Shown here: piece after piece, positions 8,621 through 16,990 of the stretch
How the letters are laid out: each line of letters opens with the position of its first letter
How positions within the stretch are numbered: the stretch's first letter is position 1
Notes under the pieces: generated by a model
The model's input: only the letters and a program-made list of their open reading frames with translations
Databases searched by the model: none
Told to the model about the DNA's origin: nothing
Program-made: the position numbers and the translations under genes
Assembly: GCA_963808235.1 (NCBI GenBank)
Contig: CAWEEQ010000002.1
Location: forward strand, 1-64,000
DNA length: 64,000 bases
Origin: an uncultured delta proteobacterium
GTDB taxonomy: Bacteria; Desulfobacterota; Binatia; Binatales; Binataceae
Direction of reading: 5' to 3'

Positions 8621-8825
8621 TCAAGATTCCTACCGGGAATCTTGATTCGCGCGTCGAGCCTCATAAATGTTCCAAGATGGAACATTTGTTTTCCCGGCGG
8701 CATGAGACAGGGCTAATGGTCGTCGCTAACGACCATTATATCCGACGCTTAGTGAACTTCAGACCCGCCAATTGGCGCAACGCCCGCGACGACGCGCGAT
8801 CAAACTTCCCGGTTGGAAGTTTGAT
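8621..8825. repeat. Array of four perfect 10-11 bp inverted repeats
   Basis: TCAAGATTCC-N5-GGAATCTTGA (8621-8645), AAATGTTCCA-N3-TGGAACATTT (8665-8687), TAATGGTCGT-N5-ACGACCATTA (8714-8738), ATCAAACTTCC-N5-GGAAGTTTGAT (8799-8825). Confidence 0.85.
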
Positions 8826-8843
8826 TCGCGCCGCGAGGGCGCA

Positions 8844-11408
8844 ATGTCACAGACACACCCAAGCCGTAAGCGACCGATAACTATTCTTGCGAGCGTGGTA
8901 TTCGCCGCCGCGATCGCGTCGGCCGCGTCCGCGCAGGCCGTCTCGCCGATCACAAATTTTGTCGGGGCGGGCGCAGGCGCGCAGTTTCGCCAGGCGATCA
9001 ACGATCGCTTGTACGGCGCGCAGCCGATCACTCCGGCATTCGGAAAAGTGGCGTTCTCCGCGCTGCCGGGCGAGGCCGACGGCGCGCTGCTGTACTGCAC
9101 AAATTGCTCGAAGACGACGCCATGCACCGTCGGCGGTCCGGGCGCGTTCGCATTTGGACAGAACGGCAACTGGAGCTGCTCGGCCGGCGCGGCCGGGTCA
9201 AGCTTCCCGTTAACAGCCGCGGTCTCCGCCGCGGGCTTCCCGATCAACGCGCAGCCGGCGGGCGTGGTCACCGGCCAATCGATTGTGTACGGGCAGGCCG
9301 CCGCAAAGTTGCAGTCCTTGACGTCGACGGCGACCGGTGTCGATTCGATCAGTAACTTTTCAGTCAATGGCGTTATCAATCTGTTGGACTATGGGGCTGA
9401 CCCCACTGGCGTGGCCGATTCATCGCCGGCGTGGACGCTCGCGATGGCCGCGGCATGTGCCGCCCAGGCGCCGCTTAGTATTCCACCCGGGACTTACAAA
9501 GCGATCAGCCAGCCGTTTCTGCATGAATGCCCGACGAGCGCGTGGAACACGCTCCCCGACATCATCGGCGCGGGCCGCGGATCGGTCACGCTAGAAAGCG
9601 GCGACGGCGCCAGCATGCTGATGCCCACGATTGTCGAAGCGTCGAACGCGCTCGTTGCTACGAATCTCGAAACGATTCCGGTTTCTCCGCTAGTTGGTTC
9701 AACGGGCCACGCAGCTAAATTCAGCGGGTTTCCAAATCTGCACATCATGCCGCTGGACTATGTGCTCGGCAGTCAGTGGGCCAATGGCGACGCGGCTTTC
9801 ACGGTGGAAGGCTTCTTCAATTCCACGAGCAACGCGGCGGCGCAAGTGATTATCTCAAGCGACGGATCTCCGACGCCAATCAAAAGCGGATGCGGCGCGA
9901 TCGGAGTGAGCAGCGATGTAGTCAGTTGCCAACGCGCGTTCACTGTCTATAAAGACAACGACGGCAAGTTGTATGCGGCGATAAAAACGAGCACGACCGG
10001 ATGGTCCGGCGTGGCAACGCTGAAAAGTGCGTCTGCGCTGACCGCGAACACAACTTATTATTTCCAGCTGTCTTACGATGGGAGCTTCGCGCGACTGTAC
10101 TATGCCACGCCCGGCTCGGCGCTCATTTCGTCCGGCAAGCAGGCGATGACCGGCACTATCGCCCAGGACAAATACGAAGACACGGTGATCGGAGCGGTGT
10201 CCGATTATTGGCATCTCGTCGCGCCCAGTCAGTACTTTGCTGGGACTCTCGACTCGATCCGAATCAGTAACACGGCGCGATGCACCGACGACTCGGGCGG
10301 ATGCACGGCGCCGAGCGCAAAGCTCGGCGGCGACGCTAACACTGTGTTTCTAGAAAACTGGAGCAACACACAGTTCGCGTCCGGATCGCCGCTGGTCTCG
10401 CCGGAATATATCAACGGCACGGCGGCCAGCGCCGGTGCGGAAGCATGGACCTTGATGCTCGACCAGGGCGACGGAAATAGCGAAGGCTTCAATCCTCATC
10501 TTCACGATTTCTCGATCCTGGGAAATTCCGCGGGCATCGTTGCCGATTCCGTCTCTCCGTTCATCGACGATGTCGGCGTAGATGTAAACGGCCCGTTCGG
10601 GATCGACCTGGCAGTGATAGAGGACTACAACGACGTGTTGCGTAAAGTCTACATCACGGCAAACACGCTCGACCTGAAGGCGGCGGGGCTCACGCAGATC
10701 AGCGATTCGTTCTTCGTGTACGCCGGCGCCGGAATCGAAACCAGCGGCGAGAAAATGTCCGGCCTTTACTTCCTTCCGGCGTCGGCCGCGAAGTTCGGCG
10801 TGATCTGCAATGGCTTTTGCTCGGTGAGCGATTCCACAGTCGATAACGAGAACGGCAGCACCGGCGGCGTCAATATTCAGCTCTCGAATATGGCGCAAGC
10901 CTCACAAATGGTTCTGGAAGTATCGAACACTTCGCTGGTAAGTGACCCGAGCCAGCCGGTGATTGCGATCGATGGCAATGCGGCGAACCCTGCGAATCAA
11001 ATCAGCCTTGAAGATGTGCAGCTATCTCATGCGGGCGGCACCGGCCCGTACGTAGCGAGCGGCACGATGAACGGAAGCATGAGTGAAGCTGTTCTTTTCA
11101 AGAACCCAGCCTTTGTTGGGACTGGCGGCCCAATTCCAGCCAGCGGCGACAGCTACGTCAGCAGCGGCACTTTCGGGGCCGGAACCCTGATTCCATATTG
11201 TGTAGAGAGCGGGATAGGAAGTACCTGCTTTACAAAAGTAGGCGGCCTGGCGGCTTGCACGGGCGGCCCTATCGACCATCAGCACATGACGGTGACAGAC
11301 GCTAACGCCGGTTGTAGCGCAGGTACGACAGCGGCCGGCGGCGGAACAACCTATTGCGATGAATACTGCGCGGGGGCTTCTACCGCGTGGAAGGAGACAG
11401 GAAACTAA
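8844..11408 (+). CDS. Signal-peptide-bearing tailspike-like protein (pectin-lyase-like beta-helix with inserted LamG/concanavalin domain)
   Basis: Sec signal (KRPITILASVVFAAAIASAASA|Q); INLLDYGADPTGVADSSPAW...IPPGTY beta-helix entry; LamG FTVEGFF...YFQLSYDGS...FAGTLDSIRISNTAR; Cys-rich terminal modules. Confidence 0.8.
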   Translation: MSQTHPSRKRPITILASVVFAAAIASAASAQAVSPITNFVGAGAGAQFRQAINDRLYGAQPITPAFGKVAFSALPGEADGALLYCTNCSKTTPCTVGGPGAFAFGQNGNWSCSAGAAGSSFPLTAAVSAAGFPINAQPAGVVTGQSIVYGQAAAKLQSLTSTATGVDSISNFSVNGVINLLDYGADPTGVADSSPAWTLAMAAACAAQAPLSIPPGTYKAISQPFLHECPTSAWNTLPDIIGAGRGSVTLESGDGASMLMPTIVEASNALVATNLETIPVSPLVGSTGHAAKFSGFPNLHIMPLDYVLGSQWANGDAAFTVEGFFNSTSNAAAQVIISSDGSPTPIKSGCGAIGVSSDVVSCQRAFTVYKDNDGKLYAAIKTSTTGWSGVATLKSASALTANTTYYFQLSYDGSFARLYYATPGSALISSGKQAMTGTIAQDKYEDTVIGAVSDYWHLVAPSQYFAGTLDSIRISNTARCTDDSGGCTAPSAKLGGDANTVFLENWSNTQFASGSPLVSPEYINGTAASAGAEAWTLMLDQGDGNSEGFNPHLHDFSILGNSAGIVADSVSPFIDDVGVDVNGPFGIDLAVIEDYNDVLRKVYITANTLDLKAAGLTQISDSFFVYAGAGIETSGEKMSGLYFLPASAAKFGVICNGFCSVSDSTVDNENGSTGGVNIQLSNMAQASQMVLEVSNTSLVSDPSQPVIAIDGNAANPANQISLEDVQLSHAGGTGPYVASGTMNGSMSEAVLFKNPAFVGTGGPIPASGDSYVSSGTFGAGTLIPYCVESGIGSTCFTKVGGLAACTGGPIDHQHMTVTDANAGCSAGTTAAGGGTTYCDEYCAGASTAWKETGN

Positions 11409-11410
11409 AA

Positions 11411-12022
11411 ATGGAATCACAAATAAATGTCCTGAACGCGAGCGACGTGGCGCAGAGAACGTCCGGCGAGATTCGGCTTGCGAAGGCGGCCGAGACCGCG
11501 ATCGAGAAGGTCATGAGCGCGAGCCCGCAGAAGCGCGCCGCGAAAATAGTTGAATGGGCCGCCGCGTACCAGTGCGCGAGCGATGAAGCGCGGATCACCG
11601 TCGCGAATCATATCGTCGCCTTTGGGCGCGATGCGTTTGAGTTTATCGAGCGCTGCGACTTCGGCGGCTTGAATAGCCTGATCAGCGCGTTCGCTTCGAA
11701 CGTGAGAACGTACGCGGAAATCCCGCCGGCGGCGCCGCCGCTAATGATGCCAGAGATCGGCGGTGACGTTTTCCGTTCGTTCGGATGGTCGATGAAAGAA
11801 CAAGACTCGTTGCAAACGGTGCTGCTCACTCCATCGCTCGGCGTGAAGCGAGGCGATCGCGTAGTCGAGATCGACGAGCACGGCGTGCGATTGGCGAGCG
11901 GACTGAAATTCACGCGCGCGCAACTCTTTGCGGCGGGCAACCACTCGAAGGAAGGAGACAGTGGCGGCGGCCACGTTCCGACGGCGCCGGGACGAACCGG
12001 GATTAGGGAGGTAAGAAGATGA
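11411..12022 (+). CDS. Hypothetical protein
   Basis: ATG 2 bp after the previous stop; ATGA overlap with the next gene. Confidence 0.7.
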   Translation: MESQINVLNASDVAQRTSGEIRLAKAAETAIEKVMSASPQKRAAKIVEWAAAYQCASDEARITVANHIVAFGRDAFEFIERCDFGGLNSLISAFASNVRTYAEIPPAAPPLMMPEIGGDVFRSFGWSMKEQDSLQTVLLTPSLGVKRGDRVVEIDEHGVRLASGLKFTRAQLFAAGNHSKEGDSGGGHVPTAPGRTGIREVRR

Positions 12023-12492
12023 ACCTGGTTGCGACGCCATCGGCGATGAACACGAAGCGGATGCAGCATAGCGCCGTGCAGCTCGGCGGCGGCGGCCTGA
12101 TTCTAATCGTTGGCGGTCTCGATCAGAACGGCAACCCGCTCGCGAGCGCGGAGCTGTTCGATCCCGCGACGGGCGTCTTCACGACGATCGCCGGGGCGCT
12201 CAATGTCGCTCGATATAATCACGCGGCGATCGTGACGAGCGGCGGAGCTGTATTCATCATTGGCGGCCAAGGCGCCGGCGCGGCGTTTCTGGCGAGTGTC
12301 GAAGTGTTCACGCCTGGTGCGGGACGCCCGGAAGTCACAGGCACGTTCGTAACGGCTGCAAGTGGCCTTTCAGCGGCCCGCGCGAGCATTGCCGCCCGAC
12401 TTCTCGTCGATGGCCGGATCCTGGTGACTGGCGGCGCCGACAGCGGCGACGCGGCGCTGAATGTCGCGGAGATTTACTCGCCCGGAATTTGA
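12019..12492 (+). CDS. Kelch-repeat protein (three blades)
   Basis: Three repeats of R..H.A..L..G.ILI.GG...LASAE.F.P; strong GGAGG RBS. Confidence 0.85.
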   Translation: MNLVATPSAMNTKRMQHSAVQLGGGGLILIVGGLDQNGNPLASAELFDPATGVFTTIAGALNVARYNHAAIVTSGGAVFIIGGQGAGAAFLASVEVFTPGAGRPEVTGTFVTAASGLSAARASIAARLLVDGRILVTGGADSGDAALNVAEIYSPGI

Positions 12493-12526
12493 AACAAGCG
12501 CCCGAAATGGAGATGAGCGGCCAAAC

Positions 12527-12868
12527 ATGAAACATACAATGACCCCGGATCAAGTGCGGCTTCTAGGCGGCCCGGAACGGCTAGCAGCCATTCACCGGCA
12601 AATTGCGAGCGAGGGTACCGCTGTGATGTCCTCCATGCACACGACACCCGCTAAGTCTGGCGTGTACGACGATGACGACGAAAATCTCAACGAGGACTCG
12701 TCGCCGGGTGAGTTCGTAACGGCCGCGCAAAGACACCTGAAAAAATATCTCGCGGCGCCGGATGCCGATGACGCCGACAATCGGATCGGGTTGGCGAGTG
12801 CCTATCTATCCACGGCGCTCGCCAAACGCGCTCGCACAAGCCAACAGGCGCGTGCGCGCCGCTGGTAA
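12527..12868 (+). CDS. Hypothetical protein with acidic patch
   Basis: ORF in operon orientation, GGAG upstream; YDDDDENLNEDS. Confidence 0.6.
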   Translation: MKHTMTPDQVRLLGGPERLAAIHRQIASEGTAVMSSMHTTPAKSGVYDDDDENLNEDSSPGEFVTAAQRHLKKYLAAPDADDADNRIGLASAYLSTALAKRARTSQQARARRW

Positions 12869-12874
12869 AGTAGA

Positions 12875-12959
12875 TGGCCGGGAATGTTGACTAGTCCTCG
12901 GCCCGGCGGGAATTGCCCTGCCGGCGGCTCGCACTGGCAGTGCGGCCGGTTCCCGGCCA
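12875..12959 (+). ncRNA. Putative multi-branched structured RNA / cis-element
   Basis: Closing stem TGGCCGGGAA/TTCCCGGCCA encloses two GC-rich hairpins in an intergenic gap. Confidence 0.35.
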
Positions 12960-12975
12960 GTCCGGTTGACGCCGG

Positions 12976-13173
12976 ATGACGGGGTTCTCCGTATGTCCGA
13001 GGTGTGGAAGAAGGTTTTTGTTGGCTGTCGATGTTTGCGACTTTTGCCGCGACAGCGCGGTTCCGGGCGGCCGAAAGCTGATGGTTCGATTGTGGAATGT
13101 AACTCGATCGCGCTTTGGCATGGTCTATCACGGCCCAGGGGCGCTGAATCGGCACACTAGGATGGGAAAATGA
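12976..13173 (+). CDS. Small zinc-ribbon protein
   Basis: CPRC-x10-CDFC; stop overlaps the next start (ATGA at 13170-13173). Confidence 0.5.
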   Translation: MTGFSVCPRCGRRFLLAVDVCDFCRDSAVPGGRKLMVRLWNVTRSRFGMVYHGPGALNRHTRMGK

Positions 13174-13460
13174 AGCGCAATATCCACGTCGATGCGGCCT
13201 GCGCGCGCATTATCTCCATACGCCGGGAGCAAATCGTTTTGCTCACGCGATCGTTGGATCGCATGAAGCGGATCGCGCGGCTTCCGTTCGCTGAGGCGGA
13301 CGATACGAAGCTTGCGGCTACATTGAACGCGCTGGCAAACGCGCTCGATTTGAACTCGTTGACCCAGATGAAAACAAACGAGGAATCCGATCGCGATCTG
13401 GAGAAGAAGGCCCGCGAAATCTCCGCGAAGTCCGTCAAGTCGGCCGCGACCAGGAACTAG
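13170..13460 (+). CDS. Hypothetical helical protein directly upstream of the tape measure
   Basis: 96-aa ORF ending 6 bp before the TMP start; occupies the tail-assembly-chaperone position but no family recognised. Confidence 0.6.
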   Translation: MKRNIHVDAACARIISIRREQIVLLTRSLDRMKRIARLPFAEADDTKLAATLNALANALDLNSLTQMKTNEESDRDLEKKAREISAKSVKSAATRN

Positions 13461-13466
13461 GCGGGA

Positions 13467-15425
13467 ATGGCTTCTATCCGCGACTTCGTTTTCGGCTTCC
13501 GGCTCGAGGTGATCGATCACCTGAGCGGTGTGCTGAAAAACGTCGAGACGCGAATCGAGGGAATCAACGCGGCGGCGGCGAGAGGGTCGCATCTGCGCGA
13601 AGCGTCGGCGACGCTCGGCAAGATAGGTCTCGCCGGAATCGCGGCCGGCGGCGGCCTCGCGTATGGGCTCGGAAAGATCACCGAGTCGGCGATGAAGGGC
13701 GACGACGCAACTCGCCACATGATGACCGCGTTCGACCTCAGCGTCCCGGCCGCACAGCAGACTAAACACCTCGCCGAAACGCTCAAGATGGTAAAGGAAG
13801 CATCGCAGGCGACGGGCATGTCGCAGGATGCGCTTAAGGACTCAGTTTACAACGCAAAAATGATGATGCTGAGCGATGCAGACGCAAATGCCGTCGCGGC
13901 GGCGTCGGCGAAGCTGGCGATAGGCACTACGCACGATTTCGCGGAGGCCCAAGCCAATGTGGCGGACGTAAGCGCGATGCTCGCCACGACTCAGAACGTT
14001 CTGGGTGGCAGCGTGTCGGCCCTCTCTGACAAATTCGCACTTCTACAATCTCACTACGGTTTCGAGCGGCTCCCGGATCTAAAGGCCGCGTGGGATTACA
14101 TCCTCCCCTCGATAAAAGCCGTGAAGTTGGCCCAGGACGATGCCATGGCCGCAATGGCGGTACTCAGCACCAGTGGCTATCAAAAAGATCGAATTGGGAC
14201 CGCCATGGAGGAGGTAGTCGCCAAGATAACGACTGGGAAGGCTGCACTGCGCTCTTTAGTCGTGGCCAACAAAGAAGGTGGCCCGGATCTGGAAAAGACT
14301 AGCGAGCGCCTTGCGGGCATCACCGCCGCGATGTCTGCGCTTCAGCGTGCCAGTTATCTTAAAACCCTGGGATTCAACCTACGCGACGTGCAGGTGATGG
14401 AGACGCTGATCGATGGCGTGAAGAAGTTCCATGCGGCGCGCGCGGACCTCGCCAATAGTAAGGGCGCGACCGACGCGCTCTTCAACATACGGTCGCAAGG
14501 TGCGGACGAGAAGTGGGGGCAGCTGCAAAATAATCTCAGCATTCTGAGCGAGACGCTCGGAAACTCGCTGTTGCCGTCGGTCACCAAGGTGGTTTCAAAA
14601 CTCAACACTGCGGTTATAGCCGTAACCGAGTTTGCTGAAAGCTATAAGCCGTTCGTCAAAGTGGCCATGACGGTAGCCGCCATCAGCTCTGCTGTGCTGC
14701 TGGTCGGTGGCGGCCTGGCGCTGGCGTCGTCGGCGCTGCTGGGCTTCGTCAGCTTCGTTCCTGCGCTGAAAGAAGTGTCGGCGGCGTTCAAGCTCGGCGC
14801 GGCGGTGACCAAGATCTGGACGGCCGCGCAATGGGCGCTCGACGCGGCGATGGCCGTGGGCGTGGCTCCCATCGTGCTCACGATCGCCGCGGTCGCCGCC
14901 CTGGGAGTAGCGATTTACGAAGTCTACAAGCACTGGGCGGCGATCAAGAACTTCGGAAAAGAAATGTACGACGCCGGCATGAATATCGTGAAAGCGATTG
15001 GCTCTGGAATCGCGGCGGGCGCGATGTATCCGGTCCATGCGATTGAACACGCCTTGTCGTTAGTTCGCGCGCATCTACCGTTCTCACCGGCGAAGATTGG
15101 ACCGTTGCGTGATCTGAATCGCGTGCGAATCGTCGAGACGATCGCCGACTCGATGAAGCCCGCGGCGATGGTGACTTCAATGCGCCGCGTCGCGGCCATA
15201 GTCGCGTTCTCGGCGCCGATGATGGCTACGCCGGCTTTCGCCGGCGGCTTTGCCAGAGCGTCTGCCGGCGGCGGATCTTCGATTGTAATCAACATCACGC
15301 AGAACATCACGATCAAGCCGGGCGCCGACGCGGGCGAAGTTCTTGCGGTGATGCGGGCTTCAGGCCGCGAGCTGGCGGATACACTCAGGCGCGAAATGGA
15401 ACATGATGAAAGGCGACACTACTGA
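13467..15425 (+). CDS. Phage tail tape measure protein (652 aa)
   Basis: N-terminal LEVIDHLSG, Ala-rich helical core with QLQNNLSILSETLGNSLLPSV, hydrophobic segments (IWTAAQWALDAAM), C-terminal HLPFSPAKIGPLRDL...INITQNITI. Confidence 0.9.
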   Translation: MASIRDFVFGFRLEVIDHLSGVLKNVETRIEGINAAAARGSHLREASATLGKIGLAGIAAGGGLAYGLGKITESAMKGDDATRHMMTAFDLSVPAAQQTKHLAETLKMVKEASQATGMSQDALKDSVYNAKMMMLSDADANAVAAASAKLAIGTTHDFAEAQANVADVSAMLATTQNVLGGSVSALSDKFALLQSHYGFERLPDLKAAWDYILPSIKAVKLAQDDAMAAMAVLSTSGYQKDRIGTAMEEVVAKITTGKAALRSLVVANKEGGPDLEKTSERLAGITAAMSALQRASYLKTLGFNLRDVQVMETLIDGVKKFHAARADLANSKGATDALFNIRSQGADEKWGQLQNNLSILSETLGNSLLPSVTKVVSKLNTAVIAVTEFAESYKPFVKVAMTVAAISSAVLLVGGGLALASSALLGFVSFVPALKEVSAAFKLGAAVTKIWTAAQWALDAAMAVGVAPIVLTIAAVAALGVAIYEVYKHWAAIKNFGKEMYDAGMNIVKAIGSGIAAGAMYPVHAIEHALSLVRAHLPFSPAKIGPLRDLNRVRIVETIADSMKPAAMVTSMRRVAAIVAFSAPMMATPAFAGGFARASAGGGSSIVINITQNITIKPGADAGEVLAVMRASGRELADTLRREMEHDERRHY

Positions 15426-15720
15426 GAAAAAGGCTCGTCGTACGCAAACTGGAATCGCCGGCGAAGGTCTCGCGCGGGCGATTCGGGAGTACGGCCGCGG
15501 CCATAAGCTTGAGCTTAATGCGGCTTCCGAAGAGGTGCTCGAAAGGCTAGCCGCGACATTCAACGATATCGGCCTTCTCCCACTAGAAGGCGATTACGAC
15601 GTGCTCGTAGCGCGCGGGCTACGGGCTATTGCCGATGAGTTTCGTCAGGCCAACTTGAGGCCAGAAGTTATCGACGCTATGCGAGAGCTGCTGGCCGAGA
15701 TTCGCGAGGCAGGCGTGTGA
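15406..15720 (+). CDS. Hypothetical protein
   Basis: Overlaps the TMP end; about 104 aa, protein-like composition. Confidence 0.6.
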   Translation: MKGDTTEKKARRTQTGIAGEGLARAIREYGRGHKLELNAASEEVLERLAATFNDIGLLPLEGDYDVLVARGLRAIADEFRQANLRPEVIDAMRELLAEIREAGV

Positions 15721-15768
15721 GCACAAGCGTTGAGGCGCACCGCGCTCGGGGCTACACTCAACACTCGC

Positions 15769-16182
15769 ATGCGGATCGAAGCGAAATTAAAGAAATATCC
15801 AGGGCCGACGGAGCGCGGTTCCGTCGTGTGGGATTCAGAGACGGGCGAGCTGGCCGGCAGTCTCGCCGCGGAGATCGCCGAGGCTGCGCACGAGGCCGAC
15901 GCTCGCGGATGGGTTCCGGTCGGTCCGATGTTCTCCTACGAATTGCCGGTTAAGGATGTTCTACACACGCCGGCAGAGTTCGCGGCCGTCCTGTACTATC
16001 TCGGCTACGATGAACTGCCGCGCGAGCTGGCCGGCGAGTTTAGTTGTGAGCCTCCCGATTCAGACGACGGGTGCGATCTGCTTCCGGTATCTGAAATGCC
16101 GGCGCTGCTTGAATCGGATGCGGAATTTCTGCGCAGCCGCGGCATCCGCGTTTCGCCCAACCGTAAGATAATTCCCGGCTAA
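15769..16182 (+). CDS. Hypothetical acidic protein, last gene of the element
   Basis: MRIEAKLKKYPGPTERGSVVWDSETGELAG...; start uncertain (15730-15769). Confidence 0.6.
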   Translation: MRIEAKLKKYPGPTERGSVVWDSETGELAGSLAAEIAEAAHEADARGWVPVGPMFSYELPVKDVLHTPAEFAAVLYYLGYDELPRELAGEFSCEPPDSDDGCDLLPVSEMPALLESDAEFLRSRGIRVSPNRKIIPG

Positions 16183-16190
16183 GCCGAGAA

Positions 16191-16306
16191 ATGATCACAT
16201 CAAGCGATCAGGCGTCGGCGCACGAAAACAGCTTAAAAGTAGTCTGGCGGCGCGCCGGTGATCACCATCAACTGTCTCGCATGATCATTCCTAGTGTCCG
16301 GGTACA
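16191..16306 (-). repeat. Right end: terminal inverted repeat and internal TGATCA-containing sites
   Basis: ATGATCACATCAA (16191), GTGATCACCATCAA (16259), ATGATCATTCC (16281); ends GTACA at 16306, followed by GTCGC. Confidence 0.8.
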
Positions 16307-16381
16307 GTCGCGCAGCAAATTTCCTGATAGCATAGAGATATGGCGTTTTGTGATCGTAGTTTCAGAGATCGAGACGGAATC

Positions 16382-16990
16382 GTGAGGCGATGCGGATTGA
16401 TGCTGACGGCACTGTTTGCTGCGGTGGTGATGTCCGGATGCGCTCCCCAGCAATCGACACTGTCGCAATCGCAGTCGCAAACATCGACGCAAACGAAATC
16501 GCAACCGCAAATGATCATCGAACCCAAAGTCGAGGAAACGCCGGCGCATCCGCTGCCCTTCAAGGGCCGACTGGTTGATGGTGACCCGCAGGAATTGCCG
16601 CCCGCGGTCGCGATGTCGCTAGCCAGCAAGTCGGCGGTTACGTTTACTTATCGCGAAGAATTGACGCACGACGATTACCATGTGCCGCTAATCGTTAGCG
16701 CGCTTGATCCCGCCAACCTGGTGGGCGCACCCCTGGGCGAGTATGGCGTGACAGCGTTCGCGTCGTTGTCGATTAACGACGGCGAGCAGGTACTCGGCGA
16801 CTACACCGCCAAAGAGCACGTGTCGCAATCATACAACCTGTACTCGCAGCCGACGCATAAGGAATTGGAAGATGCCGCTCGCGCAGCAGTTCGACAAAAG
16901 ATCGACCAAAAGCTTTACAGCGATGAAAACCGATTAGCCGGACTCGCTGCGAATTCCGCAAAAGCCGCGCCCGTTCCCGCCGACAGATGA
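16382..16990 (+). CDS. Hypothetical lipoprotein
   Basis: Lipobox VMSG|C after a hydrophobic signal; Q/S/T-rich linker. Confidence 0.75.
   Translation: MRRCGLMLTALFAAVVMSGCAPQQSTLSQSQSQTSTQTKSQPQMIIEPKVEETPAHPLPFKGRLVDGDPQELPPAVAMSLASKSAVTFTYREELTHDDYHVPLIVSALDPANLVGAPLGEYGVTAFASLSINDGEQVLGDYTAKEHVSQSYNLYSQPTHKELEDAARAAVRQKIDQKLYSDENRLAGLAANSAKAAPVPADR

Larger units (their letters stand above)
2482..16306. mobile_element. Mu-like transposable element, 13,825 bp, lacking head/tail/lysis modules (candidate satellite or reduced prophage)
   Basis: 5-bp target duplication GTCGC at 2477-2481 and 16307-16311. Imperfect terminal inverted repeats TGTACGGGGACTGTTGATCTGATCAT versus TGTACCCGGACACTAGGAATGATCAT (18/26 identical). 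Encodes repressor, Ner, MuA and MuB. Confidence 0.93.

Noticed and set aside
8621-8825. CRISPR array or CAST guide array
   Set aside because: The palindromes are not identical direct repeats, spacing is irregular, and no Cas or TniQ gene is recognisable.
8593-8880. 95-aa ORF overlapping the palindrome array
   Set aside because: It has an ATGA overlap but atypical composition, overlaps the next gene and is dominated by DNA palindromes; left uncalled.
12875-12960. tRNA-like cloverleaf ending in CCA
   Set aside because: No T-loop (TTCGA), D-loop or 7-nt anticodon loop.
16450-16510. TCGCAA-like short repeats
   Set aside because: They encode the Ser/Gln/Thr linker of a lipoprotein.
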